Below, in pieces: positions 37,928-48,390 of a DNA stretch of 64,000 nt. The position numbers and the translations under genes are program-made. This DNA comes from Candidatus Buchananbacteria bacterium (GTDB lineage Bacteria > Patescibacteriota > Patescibacteriia > 2-01-FULL-39-33), in NCBI GenBank assembly GCA_903859075.1, contig CAIOLF010000024.1, forward strand, positions 5,048-69,047. The letters are read 5' to 3'. The notes under the pieces were generated by a model. It did not search any database and was not told where the DNA came from. It saw only the letters and a list, made by a program, of their open reading frames with translations. Position 1 is the stretch's first letter; the number at the start of each line of letters is the position of its first letter.

Positions 37928-38445
37928 GAATGTAAAAAAACCGGCTTAAATCTTTTGGACAAGTAATTTATAAACAAAAAGGCCAGCGCCAAAAAGATCA
38001 CAACATTAACCAGCTGCCAGCCAATCGCGCCCAAGTAACGCCAGTTAGTAAAATACTCGCTGCCGCCCAGATAGTAAATCAAGCCCGAGAAGGACAGAAA
38101 AAATAGATTGTAAACTAAGACGCCGATACTTCCAATAATCAACAAAGAATAAAAGGAGCGATTAGTAAAAAAATTCTTAAAGAGCGCCTCCAAAATAATG
38201 GCCGTCAGCAAATAGCTGACCATAAAAATTCCGAAGGGCAGGCTGGAATAAATGTCCATAATAACGCCGCTCAGAACCAGAAACCAGATAACGCGCTCAA
38301 AAGAGCTCAGATTAACCAGCAGCACCAAGATAATTAGCAGCAAGTCGAAATTGGCCATAATCGCATTCTGGCTGGACGAGAGAAAAACTTGGCCGGCGGC
38401 GGCCAGAATAATGACAATGGACCAGAGGATATATTTATACCACAT
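37924..38445 (-). CDS. mreD: rod shape-determining protein MreD
   Basis: polytopic 173-aa membrane protein between mreC and mrdA; ATGA overlap. Confidence 0.6.
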   Translation of the reverse strand: MWYKYILWSIVIILAAAGQVFLSSSQNAIMANFDLLLIILVLLVNLSSFERVIWFLVLSGVIMDIYSSLPFGIFMVSYLLTAIILEALFKNFFTNRSFYSLLIIGSIGVLVYNLFFLSFSGLIYYLGGSEYFTNWRYLGAIGWQLVNVVIFLALAFLFINYLSKRFKPVFLHS

Positions 38446-38451
38446 AAAAAA

Positions 38452-39276
38452 TCAGGGAATAATCACTAATACATAACTCAGATCGGCAAAAGAGACTATG
38501 GGCTTAAGGATGGCTGTTTTAAAAATCTCGCTTTCAACCTCTTTGACCGATTCCACCCGGGCGATCAATAAATTCTTTGGTATCTGCCCTTCCAATCCGG
38601 AAGTGACTATCGTATCGCCTTCCTTGATCTGCTGATTGCGGGCAATATTAGTCATGGAAAAGCTCAGTCCGAATTGACCTTCGACTAAGCCGGCCGTCCG
38701 ATCAGAATTTTGCACCGTTGCCGCTACCTTGCTCTTATTGTCCGTGAGCAGCAACACTTTGGAAAAACCATCTCCTACTTCCGTCAGTTTTCCCACCAAC
38801 ACGCCGTTTTCAGTTACTACTGCCATTCCTTTTAGCAACCCCTCGTGCTGCCCCCGATTGATAACCACCGTCTGAGAGTAAGGATCGGCCACGCCGCTAA
38901 TAATTTTAGCCGCGACATGCTTAAGCTGACTTTCACTGGCGAAGCCAAGTTCTTTTTTTAATAACTCATTTTCTTCTTGGAGCGCCTTAATGCGGCTAAC
39001 ATCAATCTGGTTGCTTTTTAATTGCTCCCGCAACTGGCTGTTTTCCGCCAACAAATCCTTTTTCTTTAGCCAGGAATCATAAAAGGATTTCCCCTGGCCG
39101 CTGACGGCGCGCGTGCCCTGCTGCAAAGGCGAGAAAATTCTGACCGCCAACCCTTCCACCGGCCCGAGCCAGCCGATAAAATGTAAAAAAATTAAGACGG
39201 CAATGATGACCAGGCCAACTATTGCCGATTTGAAAAATTTATTCATAAATTTGGTCCTATTGCGAAGACGGGACAA
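38452..39276 (-). CDS. mreC: rod shape-determining protein MreC
   Basis: N-terminal TM segment, coiled coil, beta-rich C-domain; follows mreB. Confidence 0.75.
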   Translation of the reverse strand: MSRLRNRTKFMNKFFKSAIVGLVIIAVLIFLHFIGWLGPVEGLAVRIFSPLQQGTRAVSGQGKSFYDSWLKKKDLLAENSQLREQLKSNQIDVSRIKALQEENELLKKELGFASESQLKHVAAKIISGVADPYSQTVVINRGQHEGLLKGMAVVTENGVLVGKLTEVGDGFSKVLLLTDNKSKVAATVQNSDRTAGLVEGQFGLSFSMTNIARNQQIKEGDTIVTSGLEGQIPKNLLIARVESVKEVESEIFKTAILKPIVSFADLSYVLVIIP

Positions 39277-40291
39277 TCACGTCTTTTAACAATCCAAAAT
39301 TATCCAACAAATACCCCATGCCGCGGACAGCGCAAGTCTGCGGATCATCAGCGACATGGACGGGAATTTGAATGTCCCGGGCGATATATTCATCCAGCCC
39401 CTTAAGCATGGCCGTGCCGCCGGTTAAAATAATGCCCTTTTGATAAATATCCGCCACTAGCTCCGGCGGGGTAGTTTCCAAAGTTAATTTGATAATATCC
39501 AAGATCTTATGGACCGATTTAGCAACGGCCTCTTGCACCTGTGAATTATTAACGTTAAATTCTTTCGGCAGGCCGGTAATTACGTCGCGGCCGCGCATGG
39601 GCATTGACAGCGGCTCCTTGAGCGGCAGCGCCGAACCGATTTTCTTCTTAATATCCTCAGCCACCATCTCGCCCAGAACCAGATTGAATTCCTCGCGGGC
39701 AAAAGCGATGATGTCTTTATCCAAAGAAACGCCGGCGACGCGGGAAACTTTCCAATTCACGATACCGTCGAGGGAGATTACCGCGACTTCCGTCAACCCG
39801 CCGCCCAAATTAACCACCATATTGCCGCTGGGCTCCTGAATCGGCACGCGGGCGCCAATGGCGGAAGCAATAATATTTTCCACTAAGAAAACCTCCGAAG
39901 CGCCGGCCGCTAGCACGGCGTCCTCAACCGCTTTTTTCTCCACTGCCGTTACGTCAAGCGGCACGCCAATAACGACCCGGGGCATCGAAGAAAAAAAACC
40001 GTGGGCTTTTACCCGGCTCATGAAATACTTAAGCATTTTCTCGGCTACCTCGAAATCAGCGATAATGCCGTACTCGAGCGGCTTAGTCGTCACGATATGC
40101 GGCGGCGTCTTACCCAGCATTTTCCGCGCCTCATCCCCAATCGCCAAAATTTGGTCAGTGCGGGTATTTACCGCCACTACTGACGATTCATTAATCACTG
40201 TTCCCCTATCCTGCTGATAAATCAAGGTATAAGAACTGCCCAGATCAATGCCCAATCCTTTATTAAATCTCCCCAAAAACTTTTTCAGCAT
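39257..40291 (-). CDS. mreB: rod shape-determining protein MreB
   Basis: actin-fold motifs GIDLGSSYT, DIGGGTT-like GGGLTEVAVI, LTGGTAMLKGLD. Confidence 0.9.
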   Translation of the reverse strand: MLKKFLGRFNKGLGIDLGSSYTLIYQQDRGTVINESSVVAVNTRTDQILAIGDEARKMLGKTPPHIVTTKPLEYGIIADFEVAEKMLKYFMSRVKAHGFFSSMPRVVIGVPLDVTAVEKKAVEDAVLAAGASEVFLVENIIASAIGARVPIQEPSGNMVVNLGGGLTEVAVISLDGIVNWKVSRVAGVSLDKDIIAFAREEFNLVLGEMVAEDIKKKIGSALPLKEPLSMPMRGRDVITGLPKEFNVNNSQVQEAVAKSVHKILDIIKLTLETTPPELVADIYQKGIILTGGTAMLKGLDEYIARDIQIPVHVADDPQTCAVRGMGYLLDNFGLLKDVIVPSSQ

Positions 40292-40294
40292 AAT

Positions 40295-41779
40295 TTAATA
40301 AGCTTTAGCGAAAATTACTCTTTCCTTTGACTCCTGGCCGCACACTAAGCACTTTCCCTTTTCGGCTTTGTTATTAAAGGGAATGCAGCGAATAGTTGCT
40401 TTAGTCTCTTCCTTGATTTGGGCCTCGCACTGAGCGCTACCGCACCAATGAGAGGAAATAAAAACATCATTTTCTTCCAGCTGTTTTTTAAATTTGGAAT
40501 AATCATCAATCTCTTTAGTATTAGCTAATTGATTTTTAAGCGCCCGATCAAATAAATTTTTCTGAATTGACTCCAATAATTTTTTGACCTGTTTCACGAT
40601 TTCATCGACACCGATAACGGCCTTTTCGCCATTGTCGCGGCGGACAGCTATGACTTGTTTTTTGGCGACGTCTTTGGGGCCAACCTCTAGTCTTAGCGGT
40701 ACGCCCTTCTTTTCCCATTCAAAATATTTCACGCCCGGCCGCTCATCGCGATCATCCACTTTGGCGATTACTCCGGCGGCTTTTAATTTTTCCGCCAATT
40801 CCTTGGCCGCTTCAACGGTTAGCTTTTTTTCTTCTTCGCTGGCGAAGATAGTAACCAGCACCGCCTGAAGAGGCGCGATTTTGGGAGGCATGATCATGCC
40901 TTTATCATCGCCATGGGTCATGATTAGTCCGCCGATCATTCTGGTAGAAACGCCCCAGCTGGTCTGCCAGACAAATTGCCTTTCACCTTTTTCATCCAAA
41001 AAAGACACATTGAACGACTTGGCAAAATTCTGTCCCAGCATGTGCGAAGTGCCGGCTTGTAACGCCTTGCCATCCTGCATCATCGCTTCCACGCACAAAG
41101 TATAATCGGCGCCGGCGAATTTTTCCGCTTCCGTCTTGCGGCCGGCCAGCACCGGCATAGCCAGATAATTTTCAAGAAAATCCTTATAAACTAAAACCAT
41201 TTGCTTGGCCCGATCCTCGGCTTCCTGCCGTGAGGCATGAGCCGTATGCCCCTCTTGCCAAAGGAATTCCATGGTGCGTAAAAAAACTCTGGTACGCATT
41301 TCCCAGCGGACAATATTGACCCACTGGTTGATGAGCAGCGGCAGATCGCGGTAAGATTGCACCCATCTGGAATAAGTGTCGTAAATTATAGTCTCTGAAG
41401 TCGGCCTGACAATCAGCGGTTCCTCCAATGGCCCGGCGGGATTAAGCTTGCCGGTAGCAGGATCCAATTCCAAACGATGGTGAGTAACTACGGCGCACTC
41501 TTTGGCAAAGTGTTCCACGTGCTCGGCTTCACGCTCAAAAAATGATTTAGGTATGAAAATTGGAAAATAAGCATTAACCACGTCCGTCTCCTTGAATTTA
41601 GCATCCAAAATTTTCTGGATATTCTCCCAGAGAGCATAACCATAGGGTTTGATTACCATACAGCCCCTGACTGAGGAATTTTCAGCCAAATCGGCAGCTT
41701 CGACTACATCCAAATACCATTTAGAATAATCCTCTTCTCTGGTAGTGATGCCTTTTTTTGTTTCTGACTGGTTAGACAT
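40295..41779 (-). CDS. proS: prolyl-tRNA synthetase, archaeal/eukaryotic type
   Basis: class II aaRS motifs; C-terminal Zn-binding domain (HWCGSAQCE...CLVCGQES) typical of type-3 ProRS. Confidence 0.9.
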   Translation of the reverse strand: MSNQSETKKGITTREEDYSKWYLDVVEAADLAENSSVRGCMVIKPYGYALWENIQKILDAKFKETDVVNAYFPIFIPKSFFEREAEHVEHFAKECAVVTHHRLELDPATGKLNPAGPLEEPLIVRPTSETIIYDTYSRWVQSYRDLPLLINQWVNIVRWEMRTRVFLRTMEFLWQEGHTAHASRQEAEDRAKQMVLVYKDFLENYLAMPVLAGRKTEAEKFAGADYTLCVEAMMQDGKALQAGTSHMLGQNFAKSFNVSFLDEKGERQFVWQTSWGVSTRMIGGLIMTHGDDKGMIMPPKIAPLQAVLVTIFASEEEKKLTVEAAKELAEKLKAAGVIAKVDDRDERPGVKYFEWEKKGVPLRLEVGPKDVAKKQVIAVRRDNGEKAVIGVDEIVKQVKKLLESIQKNLFDRALKNQLANTKEIDDYSKFKKQLEENDVFISSHWCGSAQCEAQIKEETKATIRCIPFNNKAEKGKCLVCGQESKERVIFAKAY

Positions 41780-41795
41780 ATTTAATTTAATTTAA

Positions 41796-42155
41796 TTATT
41801 TATTGCCGAATAATCTAGCCCAAAATCCTTTTGACTGCGGCTTAAAAACATCTTCCGGCGGCGCGCTACGCTCCTGCGCTAGCTGCTGCAAAACGCCTTC
41901 GATTCTCCGCGCTTCCCGCTCCACCACTTCTCCGTCGTACTCGCCGCTATGAGCGCCATAACCCTCATAGCTGGCCTGCTTTTGATCAAGATGAAGGTTA
42001 ATATCGCGATCACTAACATAGGCATGAAAACGAGGGTAGTTAAGCGTTCCTAAGCGGCGGACAAAGCTCGGGTTATTTTGGGAGTTGATCAAGCCATAGC
42101 CGCAACGCCGTACCGCTTCCAAAGGATTCAAAGTATTAGGTATGGAAATATGCAT
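41796..42155 (-). CDS. hypothetical protein
   Basis: 119-aa ORF, no motif recognised. Confidence 0.35.
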   Translation of the reverse strand: MHISIPNTLNPLEAVRRCGYGLINSQNNPSFVRRLGTLNYPRFHAYVSDRDINLHLDQKQASYEGYGAHSGEYDGEVVEREARRIEGVLQQLAQERSAPPEDVFKPQSKGFWARLFGNK

Positions 42156-42160
42156 AAATA

Positions 42161-43348
42161 TTACATGCCAATTAGCTGCTTGAAAACTCCGGCTATTCTG
42201 CCGCCGTATCTTATCACATCTTTATAAGTGACGACAAGTACCAATAGCATTAGCAGAACAAAGCCAATATTATGGGATAAATTCTCCCATTTTTGCTTAA
42301 TCGCCCGGCCGCGGATCTTTTCAATTAATAAGAATAAAATGCGTCCCCCGTCGAGCGCCGGAAAAGGCAAAATATTAATAATGGCCAGATTCAAAGAGAT
42401 GAGGGCGACGAACTGCAATAAATAAGAAACGCCCATCCGAGTCGCCTCGCCGGTCATGACGGCGATGCCAACCGGGCCCGTCACTTCCAGTCCGACCGGA
42501 ACGCCGAAGATCAAATTTTTCAGCACGGTAAATAAAGCCACAAAAATAAAAGCCAGCCAGATAAAAGTCATCTTGAAGCCGTACCAAACCGCCAAATGCC
42601 AAGGATAGCGGACGATCTGCGTTTCTGAAAGAGCAATACCGACTCCTATCACTCCTTGATACTGCTGAACTTTTATTTTTTTGCTGATCAGCGACTCTCC
42701 CCGCGCCAGATCAACCGATACCTCGGCATCTTTCTTGCCGGCAAGATAGTTCTGCAACCCTTTGATGTCGGAAAATTCCTGGCCATCTACTTTATTGATA
42801 ACATCGCCCAGCTTTACCCCCGCTTCTTTAGCGGGCAGCTTATCGATTAGCTCTACCACTTGGATTTTTGTCGGAGTTACGGCAATCGCTCCCGAAGCCA
42901 ACGGCCCGGAAGTCGGCATGCCGATGCCATAACCGATCATTAAGAGTATCATGCAGAGTAAAAAATTCATCAGCACTCCCGAAGCCAGCACTAATATTCG
43001 CTTGGGAATGCTTTGGCTGGCAAAACTATCCGCCTCAGCCGCCGCTTCTCCGTTTTCACCTTTAATCTTCACGAAACCGCCTATCGGCAACCAATTCAAC
43101 GAATAGACCGTGGGCTTGTTTTCTGCTAGTTTCTGATTGCCCCAAACCCAATGCCAATTCTTTTTCTCTGGCTCTTCGTTTACGGCGGCAATTTTTTCTC
43201 GCCGAATGCCCACCGCCCGCGGCGGGATGCCCAAGCCGAACTCGTCCACGCGGATGCCGAATTTTCTGGCAGTATAAAAATGCCCCAACTCATGGACAAA
43301 AACCAGGATGGAGAGCATGACGATAAAGACGATGATGGTGATGAGCAT
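42161..43348 (-). CDS. rseP: RIP zinc metalloprotease RseP (M50 site-2 protease) with a PDZ domain
   Basis: HELGHFYTARKFG HExxH motif in TM1; PDZ segment; LDGG motif. Confidence 0.8.
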   Translation of the reverse strand: MLITIIVFIVMLSILVFVHELGHFYTARKFGIRVDEFGLGIPPRAVGIRREKIAAVNEEPEKKNWHWVWGNQKLAENKPTVYSLNWLPIGGFVKIKGENGEAAAEADSFASQSIPKRILVLASGVLMNFLLCMILLMIGYGIGMPTSGPLASGAIAVTPTKIQVVELIDKLPAKEAGVKLGDVINKVDGQEFSDIKGLQNYLAGKKDAEVSVDLARGESLISKKIKVQQYQGVIGVGIALSETQIVRYPWHLAVWYGFKMTFIWLAFIFVALFTVLKNLIFGVPVGLEVTGPVGIAVMTGEATRMGVSYLLQFVALISLNLAIINILPFPALDGGRILFLLIEKIRGRAIKQKWENLSHNIGFVLLMLLVLVVTYKDVIRYGGRIAGVFKQLIGM

Positions 43349-43360
43349 AATTGAATTAAT

Positions 43361-43480
43361 AAATTAAAAAAAATAGAAATTAAGAAATAAAGAAACTAAG
43401 AAATTAAGGGAAAGTCAACACAATAATAAATTATTAATTACCCTTAATTTCATAATTTCTCAATTTCATAATTTCATATT
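43361..43480. repeat. AT-rich palindromic repeat block (aaatagaaattaagaaataaagaaactaagaaattaaggg ... cccttaatttcataatttctcaatttcataatttcat)
   Basis: imperfect inverted repeat arms at 43370-43408 and 43441-43476. Confidence 0.6.
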
Positions 43481-44027
43481 ACACGGTCATTATTTCCTCT
43501 TCTTTTTCTTCGGTGATGGACTTGACTTGATTATTGAATCCGCCGACCTTCTTGTCCAATTCTTCCAACAGGCTGAATTTTTCATCTTCGCCGAATTCTT
43601 TATTCTTTTCCGCCTCGACAATTTCTTCTTTTACCTTATCACGTGTCTGCCTGATAGCCACTTTAGCTTGCTCAGTTTTCTGATGCAGAATCTTTACGAT
43701 TTCCTTGCGCGTCTCTTCAGTCAGCGGCGAGATGGTAATTCTGATTCTTTCTCCTTCATTGGCCGGCGACAACCCCAAACCCGACTCGACAATGGCTTTT
43801 TCAATTTCTTTAATGACGCTCTTGTCCCAGGGCTGGATAAGCAGGCTGCGACCATCAATTGTTACTGAGCCCAGCTGATTGAGGGGGTTTTTGACGCCAT
43901 AGGCCTCGACTCGCACGTTATCCAGCAGCATCGGCGTGACGCGGCCGGTCTTTAAAGTACCAATATCGTGCTTGAAATGCTCGACCGCCTTGGTGAATTC
44001 ACCCAAACTGTTATCGACAATACTCAT
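43479..44027 (-). CDS. frr: ribosome recycling factor
   Basis: RRF signature VRVEAYGV...LNQLGSV; 182 aa. Confidence 0.85.
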   Translation of the reverse strand: MSIVDNSLGEFTKAVEHFKHDIGTLKTGRVTPMLLDNVRVEAYGVKNPLNQLGSVTIDGRSLLIQPWDKSVIKEIEKAIVESGLGLSPANEGERIRITISPLTEETRKEIVKILHQKTEQAKVAIRQTRDKVKEEIVEAEKNKEFGEDEKFSLLEELDKKVGGFNNQVKSITEEKEEEIMTV

Positions 44028-44039
44028 ATCTATAAGTTA

Positions 44040-45101
44040 TTATTTAGGAGGCAAATTATTGCCTAAATAAATTATTTTAGTATCAGTCGGATTAACCGCG
44101 ATGTCAGACGTCAAACGGGAATAAGGCAATTTAATTGACGACCAAGTTTGTCCGCCGTCAACTGACTTCACCAGTGAATTCTGGGTGGCATAGTAAATTT
44201 CCTTGCTATTTTTGGGATTGACGCTAACAGCATAAATCAGAGCCGCTTGAGAAACCGGCAATAAATTAACCACCTCCCAATTGACGCCGCCACTAGTGCT
44301 GCGCAGCATGCCATATTTGGAAATGAAGATCAATCCGCCCTCAGTGGCCGGATCGGCAATCAACTTTTTGTACTCATGCGTACCGGAATATGATTTCAGC
44401 CCTTCGCCCAGCCCCGCCCAATTATCGCCATTATCAGTGGACTTATAAAGCCCGTCTTTCTGAGTGCCAATATAGACTGTTGGGGAATCGTTGGGGTCGA
44501 CGACAATATCCAAAATGGAGCCGCTCTTAGTTCTTAAGACCGTTTTCCAAGACTGCCCTCCGTTGGTGCTTTTTAATAGCTCGCCGCTACTATCGCCCAT
44601 CAGAATATTATTGGGATCATTACGGTTTAGCGCCATAGCAGTCAGATAAACATCCGGCTTCTGATGATAATAAGGATTCTGCCAGGTCCGGCCGCAATCG
44701 ATTGATTTGTAGAGCTTATTGCTTAGGGCCGCGTATAGCACGCATTTGTTCTTGGGATCAACGGTTAAAAAATTCACTAATCCATTATTAAGATCGCGGA
44801 ACTGACGCCAGGAAGAACCGCCGTCATAACTATAGATAATGCCATTGCTCTTGGTGCCTAAATAAATAGCTTGGCTGTCAGACGGATCAATGGCTATCTC
44901 CGTCACCTCAACATTGGAGATGGTGATAATCTTTCCGTCAACCGCCGGTACCTTTACCGTCTGGACGAAGGTACGGCCGCTGTCGGTGGACCGCCAAATG
45001 CCGCCGGTAGAATTGCTTTGGGAAGGGCCGGTCACGGTACAGCCGCCTAGGGCCAGCAGGCCAGCCAGCAATAGGATCATGACGATTCTTTTATGGTTCA
45101 T
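44040..45101 (-). CDS. BNR/Asp-box repeat beta-propeller lipoprotein
   Basis: lipobox LLALGGC; seven S-x-D-x-G-x-T-W Asp-box repeats (STDSGRTF, SYDGGSSW, SIDCGRTW, STNGGQSW, STDNGDNW, STSGGVNW, SVDGGQTW). Confidence 0.6.
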   Translation of the reverse strand: MNHKRIVMILLLAGLLALGGCTVTGPSQSNSTGGIWRSTDSGRTFVQTVKVPAVDGKIITISNVEVTEIAIDPSDSQAIYLGTKSNGIIYSYDGGSSWRQFRDLNNGLVNFLTVDPKNKCVLYAALSNKLYKSIDCGRTWQNPYYHQKPDVYLTAMALNRNDPNNILMGDSSGELLKSTNGGQSWKTVLRTKSGSILDIVVDPNDSPTVYIGTQKDGLYKSTDNGDNWAGLGEGLKSYSGTHEYKKLIADPATEGGLIFISKYGMLRSTSGGVNWEVVNLLPVSQAALIYAVSVNPKNSKEIYYATQNSLVKSVDGGQTWSSIKLPYSRLTSDIAVNPTDTKIIYLGNNLPPK

Positions 45102-46132
45102 AGATTTATGATTAAATTTTCTAGGACAAATTTAGTATTAATATTCTGTTGCAGCAGTTCCCGAGCCGTTTGCAGCAGCGACGCTACCTGGAGAATACGC
45201 CGCCAATCGAATTTTTCCTTCAACTCGGAAAACACCTTCAGGTATTCCGCATTGGCGATATGATATTCATCGCCCTGAGTTAGCAACAATAAATCGCGCA
45301 AAGCCGCCTGCCAATCATCGAGCAGCCGGCCGATTTTGGCGGCATTCTGCGTTTCATCTTTCTCCCAGTTAATGATCTCTTCCAAGTAATTCAATCTCCG
45401 ACTGGAACTGACCCGGACTATTTCTGAAAAAAATTTGAGATTTAATTGCAGTTGAGCCAGTGATTCTTCGTCTCTAAGAAGATTGATGGCTCGGCCGGGC
45501 AAACCGTGGGCCAAACGCGACACCAGCTTGATCTTTTCCGCCTCAACCTCAAAACGGAGCAAATAATTTTCCAAAACTCCGCTGGCTACCGGCAAGAAAT
45601 TAATCGTCTGGCAGCGGGAGACAATCGTCGCGGGAATTTTCCTGAAATCGTCAGTCAATAGAATAATGATTGTCTTAGCCGTGGGCTCTTCCAAAATTTT
45701 CAGGAGTGAATTATAAGCATGCTCATTAATCAGCTGGGCCTCGGGAATGAGCGCCGCCTTATATCCGGAAAGCAAGGTTGTCTGCTGCAGCTTCAGCTTT
45801 AACTCCCTTATCTGATCGATGATAATATCTTTTTTCCATTTGCCGGTATCCTCGTCTATCAGCCGCTGGATCAAATAAACGTCGGGGTGCATCTCCCGCT
45901 CCAGCTGCTGGCAATTGCTGCACTCGCCGCACGGCAAAGGCTCGTCAAAGCGCAGGCAAAAGATTGATTTGATGAATTGCTTGGACAGAGCGTATTTGCC
46001 CACTCCGGCCGGCCCCACGAACAAATAAGCATGGCTAAGTTTGTTACTGACAATGGCTGATTGCAGAAAGGAAGCTATCCTCTCATGGCCGCAAATATCC
46101 CAATTGAATTTTTTCTCATGACTCTTGGCCAT
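45098..46132 (-). CDS. holB: DNA polymerase III subunit delta prime
   Basis: AAA+ clamp-loader box LSHAYLFVGPAGVGKYALS, Zn module CGECSNCQ, SRC motif. Confidence 0.7.
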   Translation of the reverse strand: MAKSHEKKFNWDICGHERIASFLQSAIVSNKLSHAYLFVGPAGVGKYALSKQFIKSIFCLRFDEPLPCGECSNCQQLEREMHPDVYLIQRLIDEDTGKWKKDIIIDQIRELKLKLQQTTLLSGYKAALIPEAQLINEHAYNSLLKILEEPTAKTIIILLTDDFRKIPATIVSRCQTINFLPVASGVLENYLLRFEVEAEKIKLVSRLAHGLPGRAINLLRDEESLAQLQLNLKFFSEIVRVSSSRRLNYLEEIINWEKDETQNAAKIGRLLDDWQAALRDLLLLTQGDEYHIANAEYLKVFSELKEKFDWRRILQVASLLQTARELLQQNINTKFVLENLIINL

Positions 46133-46171
46133 AACTATTATATTTTAACACAATTTTAATATTTTTTGAAA

Positions 46172-47311
46172 TTAAGCGTTCTTTCCGGCCTGCCGGATGA
46201 TTCTGAGCGTTGCCGCGGCGGTTTTTTCCCAAGAAAATTCCTCTGCTCTCTGCCTGCCCTTAGCCACCAGTAATTGCCGATAATCGTGATCATTGAGAAC
46301 CTCGGCGATTTTTTCTCCAAGTACCGCGGCGTCATAAGGGTCAACGAGCGCCGCCGCTCCGCCGGCCACTTCTCGATGCGGATCCAGATCAGAGGTAATC
46401 ACCGGCGTGCCGCAGGCCATCGCCTCCAAAATCGGCAATCCAAAACCCTCGTATAGGGTGGGAAAAAGGAAAATAGCGGCACCCTTAATAAGAGTTGGCA
46501 GATCCTCGACAGCAGCATAACCCGGCAGAATTATTTCATTTTCCAATTTTTGATTTGCGATAATCTCCTTAATCGCCTCAAATTGATTGCCGGAATTTCC
46601 GGCCAGCACTAATTTCAGCTCAGGAAATTGCTCCTTGACCAAAGCAAAGGCCTTGACGATATTGCCGATGTTCTTCTTTTTTTCCAGCCGGCCGACATAT
46701 AATAGATAAGGCAAAGTGATTCTATATTTATTCAGGACTTCCTGAAGTAAATCTTTTTTGATTTCTTCCTTGGCGTTGTACTGGTCCTGATCATAGCCGA
46801 GATAAGAAATTTTTATTCTTGATTCGGCCACGCCGTAATACTTCATTATTTCATTTTTGGAAAACTGCGAGATGGTCAAAATAACGTCGGCGCGCTTTTT
46901 TATTTTTCTCATAGTCAGCTCATGATACCAGACCTGAATCGGCTTATAGAGCTCGGGGAAATGACGAAAACCGACATCATGGACAGTAACGATCACCTTG
47001 GTGCGGCGCGGAATCGGCAAAAAAGGAATCGTGTGCGCCGGGACGAATAAAACATCCGGCGGATTCAAAAATAATTCCCACCAGAGACGGAATTGCGTCC
47101 ATAAATATTTCGGCGGCCAGCCCAATCTTTTTTCAAAAAAATTATCCAGGCACTTGCCTAAATCCCCCTTCAGCGGAAGGTTGGTGTATAAAAAAACCTT
47201 ATCGCCAGCCGGGACGATTTTTTTGAATTCCTCAATCAGATGCCAGCTGTACCATTCCGTGCCGGTCTTATTGTCTTTGTTGGCGCGGCTAGCGTCGATG
47301 CCGATGATCAT
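46172..47311 (-). CDS. glycosyltransferase family 4
   Basis: E-x7-E motif LYEGFGLPILEAMACGTPVITSD. Confidence 0.65.
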   Translation of the reverse strand: MIIGIDASRANKDNKTGTEWYSWHLIEEFKKIVPAGDKVFLYTNLPLKGDLGKCLDNFFEKRLGWPPKYLWTQFRLWWELFLNPPDVLFVPAHTIPFLPIPRRTKVIVTVHDVGFRHFPELYKPIQVWYHELTMRKIKKRADVILTISQFSKNEIMKYYGVAESRIKISYLGYDQDQYNAKEEIKKDLLQEVLNKYRITLPYLLYVGRLEKKKNIGNIVKAFALVKEQFPELKLVLAGNSGNQFEAIKEIIANQKLENEIILPGYAAVEDLPTLIKGAAIFLFPTLYEGFGLPILEAMACGTPVITSDLDPHREVAGGAAALVDPYDAAVLGEKIAEVLNDHDYRQLLVAKGRQRAEEFSWEKTAAATLRIIRQAGKNA

Positions 47312-47346
47312 CGGTAATTTAAAATTATGAATTAAGAATTAAAAAA

Positions 47347-48366
47347 CTATTTTGTCGCCAGAATACTTCTCTTATAACTCTCCAGATTCTCCAAAGCGAT
47401 GCCCGTCCCTTTGACCACGCAATAAAGCGCGTCATCGGCCACGTAAGTGGAGATGCCCGTCGCCTTAGTAATCAGCCTATCAATATTGCGGAGCAAACTG
47501 GAGCCGCCGCTCATCACAATCCCCTTGTCAATCACGTCAGCGGAAAGTTCCGGCGGCGTCTCATGCAAGACGCCTTTGACGGCGGTAATAATTCCTTCCA
47601 ATTCCGATTGGATCGCCTCTGTCACGTCGTCGGAAGAGGCCAGGACGGTTTTGGGCATGCCATCAATCATGTCGCGGCCGCGTATTTCCAAATATAATTT
47701 TTCTTCTAAGTAAAGCGCCGAGCCGATTTTTATTTTTATTTCTTCCGCGGTGCGTTCGCCGATGGCCAGATTATACTTGCGCCGGATATAATCGGAAATG
47801 GAAGCGTCAAATTTGTTGCCGCCGATACGCACGGAATTAGAAGCCACTATGCCGCCGAGCGAAATAACTGCGATCTCCGAAGTACCGCCGCCGATGTCAA
47901 TGATCATATGGCCCGAGGCCGAGCCGATGGGAATATTGGCGCCGATGGCGGCAACAATCGGCTCCTTGATGATATAAGCGGCCTTGGCGCCGGCGGCGAT
48001 AGTCGCGTCGATTACGGCGCGGCGTTCAGTGGAAGTAATACCGGCCGGCACAGCCACCATTACCTCCGGACGAAACAGGCGCACTCCGCCTAACGCCTTA
48101 TTGATGAAATACCGCAGCATCGCTTCCGTAGTCTTATAATCGGCGATCACGCCGTCGCGCAGCGGCTTGCTGGCGATAATCGTGTCCGGCGTGCGGCCGA
48201 GCATTTCCTTGGCCTCGGCGCCAACGGCGATAATTTTTTTATCAATATTTGAAATAGCCACTACAGACGGTTCATTAATAACTACTCCCCTCTTTGGCAC
48301 GTGCACTAGGACGTTAGTCGTACCCAGATCAATTCCGATTTTCTTTATAAACATAAAGTGTTTCAA
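47347..48366 (-). CDS. second MreB/Mbl-family actin homologue
   Basis: [43 protein letters not shown]. Confidence 0.75.
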   Translation of the reverse strand: MKHFMFIKKIGIDLGTTNVLVHVPKRGVVINEPSVVAISNIDKKIIAVGAEAKEMLGRTPDTIIASKPLRDGVIADYKTTEAMLRYFINKALGGVRLFRPEVMVAVPAGITSTERRAVIDATIAAGAKAAYIIKEPIVAAIGANIPIGSASGHMIIDIGGGTSEIAVISLGGIVASNSVRIGGNKFDASISDYIRRKYNLAIGERTAEEIKIKIGSALYLEEKLYLEIRGRDMIDGMPKTVLASSDDVTEAIQSELEGIITAVKGVLHETPPELSADVIDKGIVMSGGSSLLRNIDRLITKATGISTYVADDALYCVVKGTGIALENLESYKRSILATK

Positions 48367-48390
48367 AAATTATAATTATTGATTAAACGC

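Noticed and set aside
46156-46344. Small ORFs 46156..46344 and 46274..46456 between holB and the GT4 gene
   Set aside because: They overlap the 3' end of the GT4 gene and its terminator region and have no coding signal.
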